Origin: Proteromonas lacertae
Taxonomy: Eukaryota
Direction of reading: 5' to 3'
Length of the DNA: 64,000 nucleotides
Assembly (NCBI GenBank): GCA_002245135.1
Contig: NGBS01000293.1
Coordinates: 1 to 64,000, forward strand
This document shows positions 38,140 through 47,910 of the stretch, one piece after another. The position numbers were made by a program, and so were the translations under genes. Every line of letters starts with the position of its first letter. Within the stretch, counting starts at the first letter, position 1. The notes under the pieces are model-generated. The model worked only from the letters and a program-made list of their open reading frames with translations. It ran no database searches and was not told the DNA's origin.

Positions 38140-40053
38140 ATGAGATATATTATATATACAACGTTTTTGATATTACTTCCTATTATAATTTGTGATAATG
38201 TTTATGCAGAATATGATGGTAAGAATGAAACTGGTAGATTGAGAAAGACTATTCGACAGTTACAATCTAACGATAATGAAGAGTTAAAGTCAATGTTAAT
38301 GAGTAGTGGTGAAATAAAATTATGTAATAAAAGTGTAATTGATATTTCAAGTTGGTCAGTAATAACTCCAAAAGTATCCAAAATAATCGGTGATGGTGAG
38401 TATTCAACAATAGAAGTATATGCAGATACGTATGGTTCTATTGAGTTATTTGAAAAGCTTGAAAATATCGAAATATTGAATATAAATATCGAAATTAAAT
38501 TCTCTGATAATAGTGACACAACTTATATTCGTAATGGTATAACGAATGAAATAATAAATAGCACAATAAATGGTTTTCATATAATAGTTAAAAATTTGTT
38601 ATATATAACAATGGATAAAAATCATGTTGGATTAATAAGTAATAGAATATATGATAGTATATTGAGTGATGTGGGAATAATGTTTAATGAAATTAAACTA
38701 TTTTTTTCCGATGAATATGAGAATCTAAAATTCAGTTTGATAAGTAATCTAGTTGAAAGTGATAATCGAGTGATGTATAATGGAATATATTTAAAAGGTA
38801 AATCACTTATATTGGAAAGTGGTCGGAATACAATTGAAAATGGCTTATTATTTGGATCAATATTAAATATAGATTTTAATTATGTAGTAATTGATATAGA
38901 AGCAATTTATTTTAGCTGGGTTTGTGCATCTAAGCTTTCATTATTTATATATTCAAGTAATGAAGGTTTAACATTGAATAATATAATAATTATTATTCGA
39001 AGAAGTTTTTCTTATAATGAGAAATTGAGTCTTAAGACAGATTTTTACTTGTCATGTTTAGTATATTTAACTGAAGTTAAATTAACCATAAACCATTGTT
39101 TAATCGATATTCGATTTGGTGAAATTGATTTTGATTATTATCATGCAAGTAACAAGGATGAATATTCAAAAAGAAGTTTTTTGGTAGCTGGAGTTTTAGG
39201 TGAAAATTGGGTAATAAATGTAATAGCTAATTATTTACAAATCAAATATTATTGTGAAAATGATTTTATAACAAAGAAAAATCATGTATGTCAATTCTTT
39301 CCTCCATTTACAGTTACATCATGTAAAAATGTAATGTATCCTACTTTTTTAAGTTTAATTAACAAAGGAGGTCGTTTTAATCTAAAGAATAGTTACTTTT
39401 ATGTTGATAAGAATGAAAATGCAAATGTAGAAGTTCAATTTGTAGATTATATATCAGAAAATATTTATTCTGAAAAGAGTTATATTATTATGACTAATGG
39501 AATAATATCATATGATGGTATTTATTCCTTAATAACAGGAAGTGTTGATAGTATCTATCCTTCAATGAGATTAATTGGTTATTCTAAAGTAGGATCAATC
39601 ATATTTGATTCTTCTCTTCCATTTTATGATTATGAAACTGATAATATAAACTATGAAAGATTTGAAAATTTAAAACCTGTATATGAAAATATTTGTAACA
39701 CACCAATATCTGATATACCAACAACGACCACCATGACAGAGGATACACCATTACCAACTAATACTGCAACTGCTGTTACTACTACACCTATAGAAACAAC
39801 AAAAGATGAGCAAATAACTACAATAATTGAAGCAGAATTAACAGGAAAAGAAGACACAATTCAAAAAGATGAAAGCAGATTATCTGTTCTACTGATTACT
39901 ATAATAGCTGTATCGTCAGTAATTGTAATATTATGTATTTCAGGAGCATTATGCTGTTATTGCAGATATAAATATTTATCAGAACAAAGAGTAAGTCCTG
40001 AAACAAGAAAAAAGAAGAAAAAAGCAAAAAAGTATAAAAAACGAGGAGTGTAA
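38140..40053 (+). CDS. Variant surface protein family copy A: signal peptide, beta-rich ectodomain, Thr-rich stalk, TM, basic tail; intronless
   Basis: Hydrophobic N-terminus, TTT-rich stalk, TM LSVLLITIIAVSSVIVILCISGALCCYC. First ~555 coding nt essentially identical to copies B and C. Confidence 0.85.
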   Translation: MRYIIYTTFLILLPIIICDNVYAEYDGKNETGRLRKTIRQLQSNDNEELKSMLMSSGEIKLCNKSVIDISSWSVITPKVSKIIGDGEYSTIEVYADTYGSIELFEKLENIEILNINIEIKFSDNSDTTYIRNGITNEIINSTINGFHIIVKNLLYITMDKNHVGLISNRIYDSILSDVGIMFNEIKLFFSDEYENLKFSLISNLVESDNRVMYNGIYLKGKSLILESGRNTIENGLLFGSILNIDFNYVVIDIEAIYFSWVCASKLSLFIYSSNEGLTLNNIIIIIRRSFSYNEKLSLKTDFYLSCLVYLTEVKLTINHCLIDIRFGEIDFDYYHASNKDEYSKRSFLVAGVLGENWVINVIANYLQIKYYCENDFITKKNHVCQFFPPFTVTSCKNVMYPTFLSLINKGGRFNLKNSYFYVDKNENANVEVQFVDYISENIYSEKSYIIMTNGIISYDGIYSLITGSVDSIYPSMRLIGYSKVGSIIFDSSLPFYDYETDNINYERFENLKPVYENICNTPISDIPTTTTMTEDTPLPTNTATAVTTTPIETTKDEQITTIIEAELTGKEDTIQKDESRLSVLLITIIAVSSVIVILCISGALCCYCRYKYLSEQRVSPETRKKKKKAKKYKKRGV

Positions 40054-40082
40054 TAATTTAAAGCAACTTCGTATTTAACTCA

Positions 40083-40264
40083 ATCAATATTCAGTATTTT
40101 AAGTATATTATTTTCGTCTTCATGATGAACAACTAAAAATACTTCATCATTACTCTTTTCAACCCTCTTTTCTATCTATAAATTTAAAATTACAGACATA
40201 CATTAGCATCATATGGTAAAACTAAGGATAATATATCATCTTCACAAGATATTGAGTAATACAT
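40083..40264 (-). pseudogene. Orphan 5' fragment (first exon, intron, part of exon 2) of the pseudokinase-LRR gene that starts at 45624
   Basis: Exact copy of 45443-45624 (MYYSISCEDDILSLVLPYDAN / IEKRVEKSNDEVFLVVHH...). Similarity stops at 40083. Confidence 0.8.
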
Positions 40265-41932
40265 AGAATAAATGTATTGGGTTTATGAAAATATTTTCAA
40301 ACACCAAAAATAAGAATTATTTTTTTCATGAGATATATTATATATACAACGTTTTTGATATTACTTCCTATTATAATTTGTGATAATGTTTATGCAGAAT
40401 ATGATGGTAAGAATGAAACTGGTAGATTGAGAAAGACTATTCGACAGTTACAATCTAACGATAATGAAGAGTTAAAGTCAATGTTAATGAGTAGTGGTGA
40501 AATAAAATTATGTAATAAAAGTGTAATTGATATTTCAAGTTGGTCAGTAATAACTCCAAAAGTATCCAAAATAATCGGTGATGGTGAGTATTCAACAATA
40601 GAAGTATATGCAGATACGTATAGTTCTATTGAGTTATTTGAAAAGCTTGAAAATATCGAAATATTGAATATAAATATCGAAATTAAATTCTCTGATAATA
40701 GTGACACAACTTATATTCGTAATGGTATAACGAATGAAATAATAAATAGCACAATAAATGGTTTTCATATAATAGTTAAAAATTTGTTATATATAACAAT
40801 GGATAAAAATCATGTTGGATTAATAAGTAATAGAATATATGATAGTATATTGAGTGATGTGGGAATAATGTTTAATGAAATGAGTATAATCTTACTAGAT
40901 GTGAATGAAGAATTCAGTTTAATAAGTAATGAAATAAAAAACATGAAAGTTGTGAGTTATAAAGGAATGTATTTAAAAGGTAATTGTTTGTTTATCGATA
41001 CTCAAATCAAGATGAAAAAGATAGGTTTATTATTTGGAAAAATCCAAAATACGAATTTCGATTATGTGGTAATCGATATAGAATCTATGAAAATGGAAAT
41101 GAGAATAGAAACATATATGAGTTTGTTTATATACAATAGTGAAAGTGATGTGGAAATAAATAATTTATCAATAATAATAATGAATGAATTGAGTTATTCT
41201 GACAGTCCTTATATATTTGGATCAAATTATCTATCATTTGTATTTGAGAATATAGGTGAAAATATAAAAGTGAGTTTAAATAACTGTATAATTGATATAA
41301 TATTTGATGATATTAAAGTTGATTATTATGTAATAAAGCAAGATAAAAATCATGAACGAGGATTTTATATATGTGGAATAACTCGATTATCTAACCGAAA
41401 CAGTAAAATGTTGATGAATTATATGATAATTCGATTATTTTTTAATAAAGAATTTATATCACAAACAACGAAAGGAAAATGGAATAGTAATGCATGCAAA
41501 CAAGCATTTTGTAAAATAAAAGCCTCGAAATCTGCTTTCTTTTTATTTTTGAATGGTAATTCATTTACTATTCACAACAGTTATTTTTATCTACATTTTG
41601 ACAGTAAGACAACGGCAGTAGAAAATGTTAATATAATGAAATACTCTACAGTGAATGGTATTGTTGAAAAATCATTTATAACTGATAAAAATAATATAAT
41701 ATCTGAGAAAATGAATTTGATAAGTGGAACATCTGAATCATTATATGAGATGATGAAAGTATTAGGTTATAAAATATATGAATCAACAATATACTATCCT
41801 AATTTACCTTATATTGATAAAAGTGTAGGTGAAATAAATTATGATATGTATAAAGATAATAAGCCCAAATATAAAAATATTTGTCGAAATTCTTCAGATG
41901 AAGAAAATTCAAATAACAAATCCGAGAAAGAT
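40083..41932 (+). repeat. 1.85-kb near-identical direct duplication of 45443-47292 (offset 5360)
   Basis: Compared by eye: identical except one site at 40622, a cluster at 41479-41513, and sites 41567 and 41575. Confidence 0.92.
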
Positions 41933-42148
41933 GATAGAGATATATATCCTTTGATAATATTAGCAATTATTGTGTTATTAATAGCTTTTATAGCGTTTAG
42001 TATAAGTTGTACTAAAGTCAGTGATTCTGAATATGAAGAAATAAATCAAAATCATAATGTTGATAATAATATAGAAGTTGATGGAATGAATGAAACTGAA
42101 AAAGGTGAAGGAAAAAAGAAAACTATAAATCAATTTTTTGACGCTTAG
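40328..42148 (+). CDS. Variant surface protein family copy B; intronless type-I membrane protein
   Basis: 606-aa ORF with signal peptide and TM IYPLIILAIIVLLIAFIAFSIS. Ectodomain nearly identical to copy C, but TM and tail are unrelated. Confidence 0.87.
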   Translation: MRYIIYTTFLILLPIIICDNVYAEYDGKNETGRLRKTIRQLQSNDNEELKSMLMSSGEIKLCNKSVIDISSWSVITPKVSKIIGDGEYSTIEVYADTYSSIELFEKLENIEILNINIEIKFSDNSDTTYIRNGITNEIINSTINGFHIIVKNLLYITMDKNHVGLISNRIYDSILSDVGIMFNEMSIILLDVNEEFSLISNEIKNMKVVSYKGMYLKGNCLFIDTQIKMKKIGLLFGKIQNTNFDYVVIDIESMKMEMRIETYMSLFIYNSESDVEINNLSIIIMNELSYSDSPYIFGSNYLSFVFENIGENIKVSLNNCIIDIIFDDIKVDYYVIKQDKNHERGFYICGITRLSNRNSKMLMNYMIIRLFFNKEFISQTTKGKWNSNACKQAFCKIKASKSAFFLFLNGNSFTIHNSYFYLHFDSKTTAVENVNIMKYSTVNGIVEKSFITDKNNIISEKMNLISGTSESLYEMMKVLGYKIYESTIYYPNLPYIDKSVGEINYDMYKDNKPKYKNICRNSSDEENSNNKSEKDDRDIYPLIILAIIVLLIAFIAFSISCTKVSDSEYEEINQNHNVDNNIEVDGMNETEKGEGKKKTINQFFDA

Positions 42149-42299
42149 TGTATAAATGTATTTATAATGTTCTTTAATTTTATTTAATTTGTTAAATAAT
42201 TTGTGTATGTTTCTTTCACTAACACTTATTAACATCATTCCTTAAATAAACATTAGTAATAATTATATATTAATAATATATAAATAATATTGAAATCAA

Positions 42300-45200
42300 T
42301 TATTTGATATTCAAGAATTCTTTTGATAATTCTTTCTTTTCTTTTTCTGATATTCTATTTAATTTGATTGTTATAATTGATGAAAATATTTCTAAAAATG
42401 ATTTTAATTCTGATTGATCTATATTCTTTTTCACTGTTATTGATAATTCCTGTAAACAATCAAATACTTCTTTGTTTTCTTTCATTAATCTCAATTCTCT
42501 TTCATTTAATTCATTTCCTTCTAAATTTAGGTTATCTAATGGCTGATAATCTTTCAATCTTTCTATTAACACTTTTAATCCCTTTTCAGTCATTCCAACA
42601 TCTATTCATATTAAAAACATATTTCATAATATTATAAATAAAATACTTGATATATTTAATGACTTATAATTAATAAATTTGTTTAAATATTTACATATTA
42701 TTTCTATTCCTTCATCACCAATTTCATTACTATAGACACACATATACCATACATCTTTTGGTAAAGAATCTGCCAATTCTTTGAATCCTTTGGAAGTAAT
42801 TATGCAATTGGATATATTAAGAAATTTATAATCAATTTGTTTAATCATGGATATGTGATTATCTTTGATACTTAAATCTATTTCGCATGAAATTGAATTA
42901 TATACTTGAAAAATCATAGTTTCTATCATGACAGTATCTTTTCTTCTTAACACAATAATCCAAATAATACTCCAATTCTTCATTTGTCCATAATGGACAT
43001 TTCATTTCTATAAATGGATAATCTTCTTTTTCTAATGTTTTTGAACATATTGCTTTTAATCCATTCATTCTGATATTATTTCCATTTAGATTTACTGCAT
43101 AACATTTTTTAATTGAATCCATCTTGTCTGCTAATAACACAACACTTTCATCATCAATTGATATATTACTTAGATTCGTATCTAACATGTATAAGTTATT
43201 TTCTAGTATTTTAAACCCTCTGTTACCTATAGGATTATCTATTCAACAACATAAATAAATAGATATATATATGAATACCAAAAATAACTAATCCATTAAT
43301 TATATGACTTTCTTTTAAATAATTCATCAAGTATTCTATTCCATCTGAATCTATATTATTGCCATTTAAATATAGATTTGTAATTTCTTCATGAAGAATC
43401 TTCAATCCATCGACTATATATTTCAATCCAATTGATGATAATTCCATTTCTATTTACGTGATAAAATATTTATAATACGAATATAGCATGAATCTAATAA
43501 ATGCAAATGTGGAGATAATAGTTTCACTCCTTCATTTCCTATTTTATTTCCATTTAATTGTAGCAAATCTAGACTAGGAAATGAAGATAAATTATCAATC
43601 AGTATTTTTACACTTTCAGATGTTAGTTCATTATCTATATGAAAAAAACATAGAAATTATACTTGTTAAATCTAATAACCACAGATCTTCAAATTCATTT
43701 AATCTCAAAGAAATGAAAGATTTGAAAAAATCATCATCAATTTCTAATCCATTCAAATATAAATCATCATCACATCCTTTGATGTATGTGATTAATTCTA
43801 GAAAGTCTTTGTCAATAAGCAGCTCTTTACTTCCATAAATATTAAATTCAACTTTTGAAATAGGAAATTTGGAGAATAATGTTTTTAATCCTTTTACATG
43901 AAGTGTATTGTTTTGTGTAATATGAATTATCTCAAGATTTGGATATTTATATAATTCTTCCGATAATAATATTATTGATTCATCAGTTAAGTTCATCAAT
44001 TCAAGATTTAAACCGTTATCTTCATCAATCAATAAATTCAAATAAGGAAGCATCATCATCAAACCTTTTGCACCTATTTGATTATCTATTTTACAGTAAA
44101 TTACAAAATAAAATACGTGAAAGATTTACATTAGTTAAATTCATGAATGGAATTGATTTAATAAATGATTCTATGAAATATGATGTGAAATTATGTTCTG
44201 ATAAATCTAATTCTTGTAGATTCGATAATCGAGAAAAATAAGAACCGAATAATGAGTGATATTGAATGGGTATATCTAATCCACTACAATCTATATATAT
44301 ATTAATTATTAAGATTATACAAAGAGATATTTTTGTTGGATTAACAAGTCTCAATATTCTGAAAAAATAATACATTCCTGCTTCACACAAACATAAGCAT
44401 TCTGAGCTAATTATTGTTATATTAATATCACTAGTGTGAATTTTAAACATCATTTCATCTAAATTACATTCTTTTTCTTCTTTACATTGATGAATGATTT
44501 GATATTTCAATTTATCTTTTATTTCACAATCTTCATTCTTTAAATACATAATCAATAATATAGATAGTATGCTTTCGATAGGTTGATGATTGTAGGATTG
44601 TATTAAACTATCTCTAATATCTATTCAAACATTATTCTTTTTATTTATACTTTCATATTTGTTGTATTGGAGATAATAATCTGATTGAATATTAAATGGA
44701 GATATTTCTATTGTATTATCATTATATAAAAACAACTCTTTTCTTTCTTCACATATCATCATATTATCACCTTCATCTCTCAATATTTCACTCAATTTCA
44801 CCATCTCTTTATTCAACTCTTTTAAACTCATTCTATCTTCACTTTTCACTTTCAACATTCTTTCTATCATTTCTTTCATTGAATCATCACATTCTATATC
44901 TAAACTGTATTTACATCTTAAGATATTCTCTTTTATTTTATTAATATTGATATTATTATCTTCATTAAATGTTAATTTCTTGTTTATCATATGATATAAT
45001 ATACAGCCAATTGACCACATCACACTTCTCTCATTACATTCTAATCCATTCAACTCTTCAGGGCTTTTAAAACAAATATCATATATTTTCAGAACTTCTT
45101 TACTTCTTAAAGTATTTAAGTTTAAATCACATAATTTCATGTAGTTATTTTCTTCATATATTATGTTACTACTCTTCAAATTACTTATCATTACATCATA

Positions 45201-45624
45201 TTCACTCAATATCATCAATATATCACATATTCCACATATCACTTCACAAATATCACTTTTTAAAATGGATTTATTCCTAATTATCTCTTCCAAATCTCTT
45301 AAGTAATATTTTCGAGTATTATTATATATTTATTTTGTAAATTAAACATTAATATCATAAAAGGATATATATAAGATTCACAACAACTGTAAATCACAGA
45401 ATTGTTCTCACTAAATTTTACTACGTTTTTCTCTTTTATTCCATCAATATTCAGTATTTTAAGTATATTATTTTCGTCTTCATGATGAACAACTAAAAAT
45501 ACTTCATCATTACTCTTTTCAACCCTCTTTTCTATCTATAAATTTAAAATTACAGACATACATTAGCATCATATGGTAAAACTAAGGATAATATATCATC
45601 TTCACAAGATATTGAGTAATACAT
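42300..45624 (-). CDS. Pseudokinase plus RNI-like LRR protein, multi-exon
   Basis: Catalytic loop ISNLKSSN (no HRD). LCDLNL in place of DFG. SPE and MWSIGC motifs present. Downstream LRRs (LYLNGNNIDSDG, LNLEGNEL). One apparent frameshift near 45310 at an A4 run. Confidence 0.75.
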
Positions 45625-47292
45625 AGAATAAATGTATTGGGTTTATGAAAATATTTTCAAACACCAAAAATAAGAATTATTTTTTTCATGAGATATATTA
45701 TATATACAACGTTTTTGATATTACTTCCTATTATAATTTGTGATAATGTTTATGCAGAATATGATGGTAAGAATGAAACTGGTAGATTGAGAAAGACTAT
45801 TCGACAGTTACAATCTAACGATAATGAAGAGTTAAAGTCAATGTTAATGAGTAGTGGTGAAATAAAATTATGTAATAAAAGTGTAATTGATATTTCAAGT
45901 TGGTCAGTAATAACTCCAAAAGTATCCAAAATAATCGGTGATGGTGAGTATTCAACAATAGAAGTATATGCAGATACGTATGGTTCTATTGAGTTATTTG
46001 AAAAGCTTGAAAATATCGAAATATTGAATATAAATATCGAAATTAAATTCTCTGATAATAGTGACACAACTTATATTCGTAATGGTATAACGAATGAAAT
46101 AATAAATAGCACAATAAATGGTTTTCATATAATAGTTAAAAATTTGTTATATATAACAATGGATAAAAATCATGTTGGATTAATAAGTAATAGAATATAT
46201 GATAGTATATTGAGTGATGTGGGAATAATGTTTAATGAAATGAGTATAATCTTACTAGATGTGAATGAAGAATTCAGTTTAATAAGTAATGAAATAAAAA
46301 ACATGAAAGTTGTGAGTTATAAAGGAATGTATTTAAAAGGTAATTGTTTGTTTATCGATACTCAAATCAAGATGAAAAAGATAGGTTTATTATTTGGAAA
46401 AATCCAAAATACGAATTTCGATTATGTGGTAATCGATATAGAATCTATGAAAATGGAAATGAGAATAGAAACATATATGAGTTTGTTTATATACAATAGT
46501 GAAAGTGATGTGGAAATAAATAATTTATCAATAATAATAATGAATGAATTGAGTTATTCTGACAGTCCTTATATATTTGGATCAAATTATCTATCATTTG
46601 TATTTGAGAATATAGGTGAAAATATAAAAGTGAGTTTAAATAACTGTATAATTGATATAATATTTGATGATATTAAAGTTGATTATTATGTAATAAAGCA
46701 AGATAAAAATCATGAACGAGGATTTTATATATGTGGAATAACTCGATTATCTAACCGAAACAGTAAAATGTTGATGAATTATATGATAATTCGATTATTT
46801 TTTAATAAAGAATTTATATCACAAACAACGAAAGGAAATTGGAATAGTAATGATTGTAAATGGACTTATTGCGAAATAAAAGCCTCGAAATCTGCTTTCT
46901 TTTTATTTTTGAATGGTAATTCATTTTCTATTCATAACAGTTATTTTTATCTACATTTTGACAGTAAGACAACGGCAGTAGAAAATGTTAATATAATGAA
47001 ATACTCTACAGTGAATGGTATTGTTGAAAAATCATTTATAACTGATAAAAATAATATAATATCTGAGAAAATGAATTTGATAAGTGGAACATCTGAATCA
47101 TTATATGAGATGATGAAAGTATTAGGTTATAAAATATATGAATCAACAATATACTATCCTAATTTACCTTATATTGATAAAAGTGTAGGTGAAATAAATT
47201 ATGATATGTATAAAGATAATAAGCCCAAATATAAAAATATTTGTCGAAATTCTTCAGATGAAGAAAATTCAAATAACAAATCCGAGAAAGAT
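45443..47292 (+). repeat. Probable source copy of the 1.85-kb duplication
   Basis: Continuous with the full-length kinase-LRR gene on its left side, unlike the copy at 40083. Confidence 0.9.
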
Positions 47293-47550
47293 CATTCTAA
47301 ATCATCTACGAAAAAAGTCGTAACATATTGTGTAATTGGATTTGGAGTTATTTTAATAGGATTTTTATTAGGATGGATATTTCTAATATACAGAGTAAAA
47401 TCTGCTAAAATATCTGCTGAAAATACTACTGCAGACTATCTACCCGTAAAACAAAGTAGTAGTAATACAGTAATAGATATTTCAGGCAACGAGAGTAGAA
47501 ATAATGATGGAGGAATAAATAACTCTGTTAATTGCAGAAAATCATTATAA
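45688..47550 (+). CDS. Variant surface protein family copy C; intronless type-I membrane protein
   Basis: 620-aa ORF with TM VVTYCVIGFGVILIGFLLGWIFLIY. Confidence 0.87.
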   Translation: MRYIIYTTFLILLPIIICDNVYAEYDGKNETGRLRKTIRQLQSNDNEELKSMLMSSGEIKLCNKSVIDISSWSVITPKVSKIIGDGEYSTIEVYADTYGSIELFEKLENIEILNINIEIKFSDNSDTTYIRNGITNEIINSTINGFHIIVKNLLYITMDKNHVGLISNRIYDSILSDVGIMFNEMSIILLDVNEEFSLISNEIKNMKVVSYKGMYLKGNCLFIDTQIKMKKIGLLFGKIQNTNFDYVVIDIESMKMEMRIETYMSLFIYNSESDVEINNLSIIIMNELSYSDSPYIFGSNYLSFVFENIGENIKVSLNNCIIDIIFDDIKVDYYVIKQDKNHERGFYICGITRLSNRNSKMLMNYMIIRLFFNKEFISQTTKGNWNSNDCKWTYCEIKASKSAFFLFLNGNSFSIHNSYFYLHFDSKTTAVENVNIMKYSTVNGIVEKSFITDKNNIISEKMNLISGTSESLYEMMKVLGYKIYESTIYYPNLPYIDKSVGEINYDMYKDNKPKYKNICRNSSDEENSNNKSEKDHSKSSTKKVVTYCVIGFGVILIGFLLGWIFLIYRVKSAKISAENTTADYLPVKQSSSNTVIDISGNESRNNDGGINNSVNCRKSL

Positions 47551-47910
47551 TTTTTATTAATCTAAATATTTAGTTTGTATAATAATTGAATTTGAGTTTA
47601 TTCTATAAAAATTAGTAGTACTTTTTTTGATATGTTGCTTTTCACGTTTGTTTGTTTTTGTTTAAAATGTTTCAAAATTATTAGTCGTTTTAAAATCAGT
47701 TATACATGTAATTAATGTAATTAGAGGTTTAAATGTAATAGCAAATCTTTATATATGTACAATTCGACCTTATAAATATATTATGTCATGGTACTTCAAA
47801 AATTGACCAATAGTTAGAATTATCGTAGTTTAAGAATCATTTTTATAAGTAAGTTGTATTTGATTTTTACAAACAAACAATATTTATAAAATCATTACAA
47901 AATATTATAC

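Noticed and set aside
38202..38519. Repeated 105-aa antisense ORF (also 40390, 45750, 50253) and other short antisense ORFs such as 62138 and 62900
   Set aside because: These are shadows of the duplicated sense-strand genes and show no independent coding signal.
40060..40100. Transposon-mediated origin of the 1.85-kb duplication
   Set aside because: No terminal inverted repeats, target-site duplication, poly-A tail or transposase seen. The copy retains an intron, which argues against retroposition.
41479..41513. Diversity-generating retroelement (adenine-specific mutagenesis) as the source of the variable loop
   Set aside because: Of 12 differences, 6 have A in copy B, 3 have A in copy C and 3 are C/T changes, so they are not unidirectional from A. 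No reverse transcriptase is present in the window.
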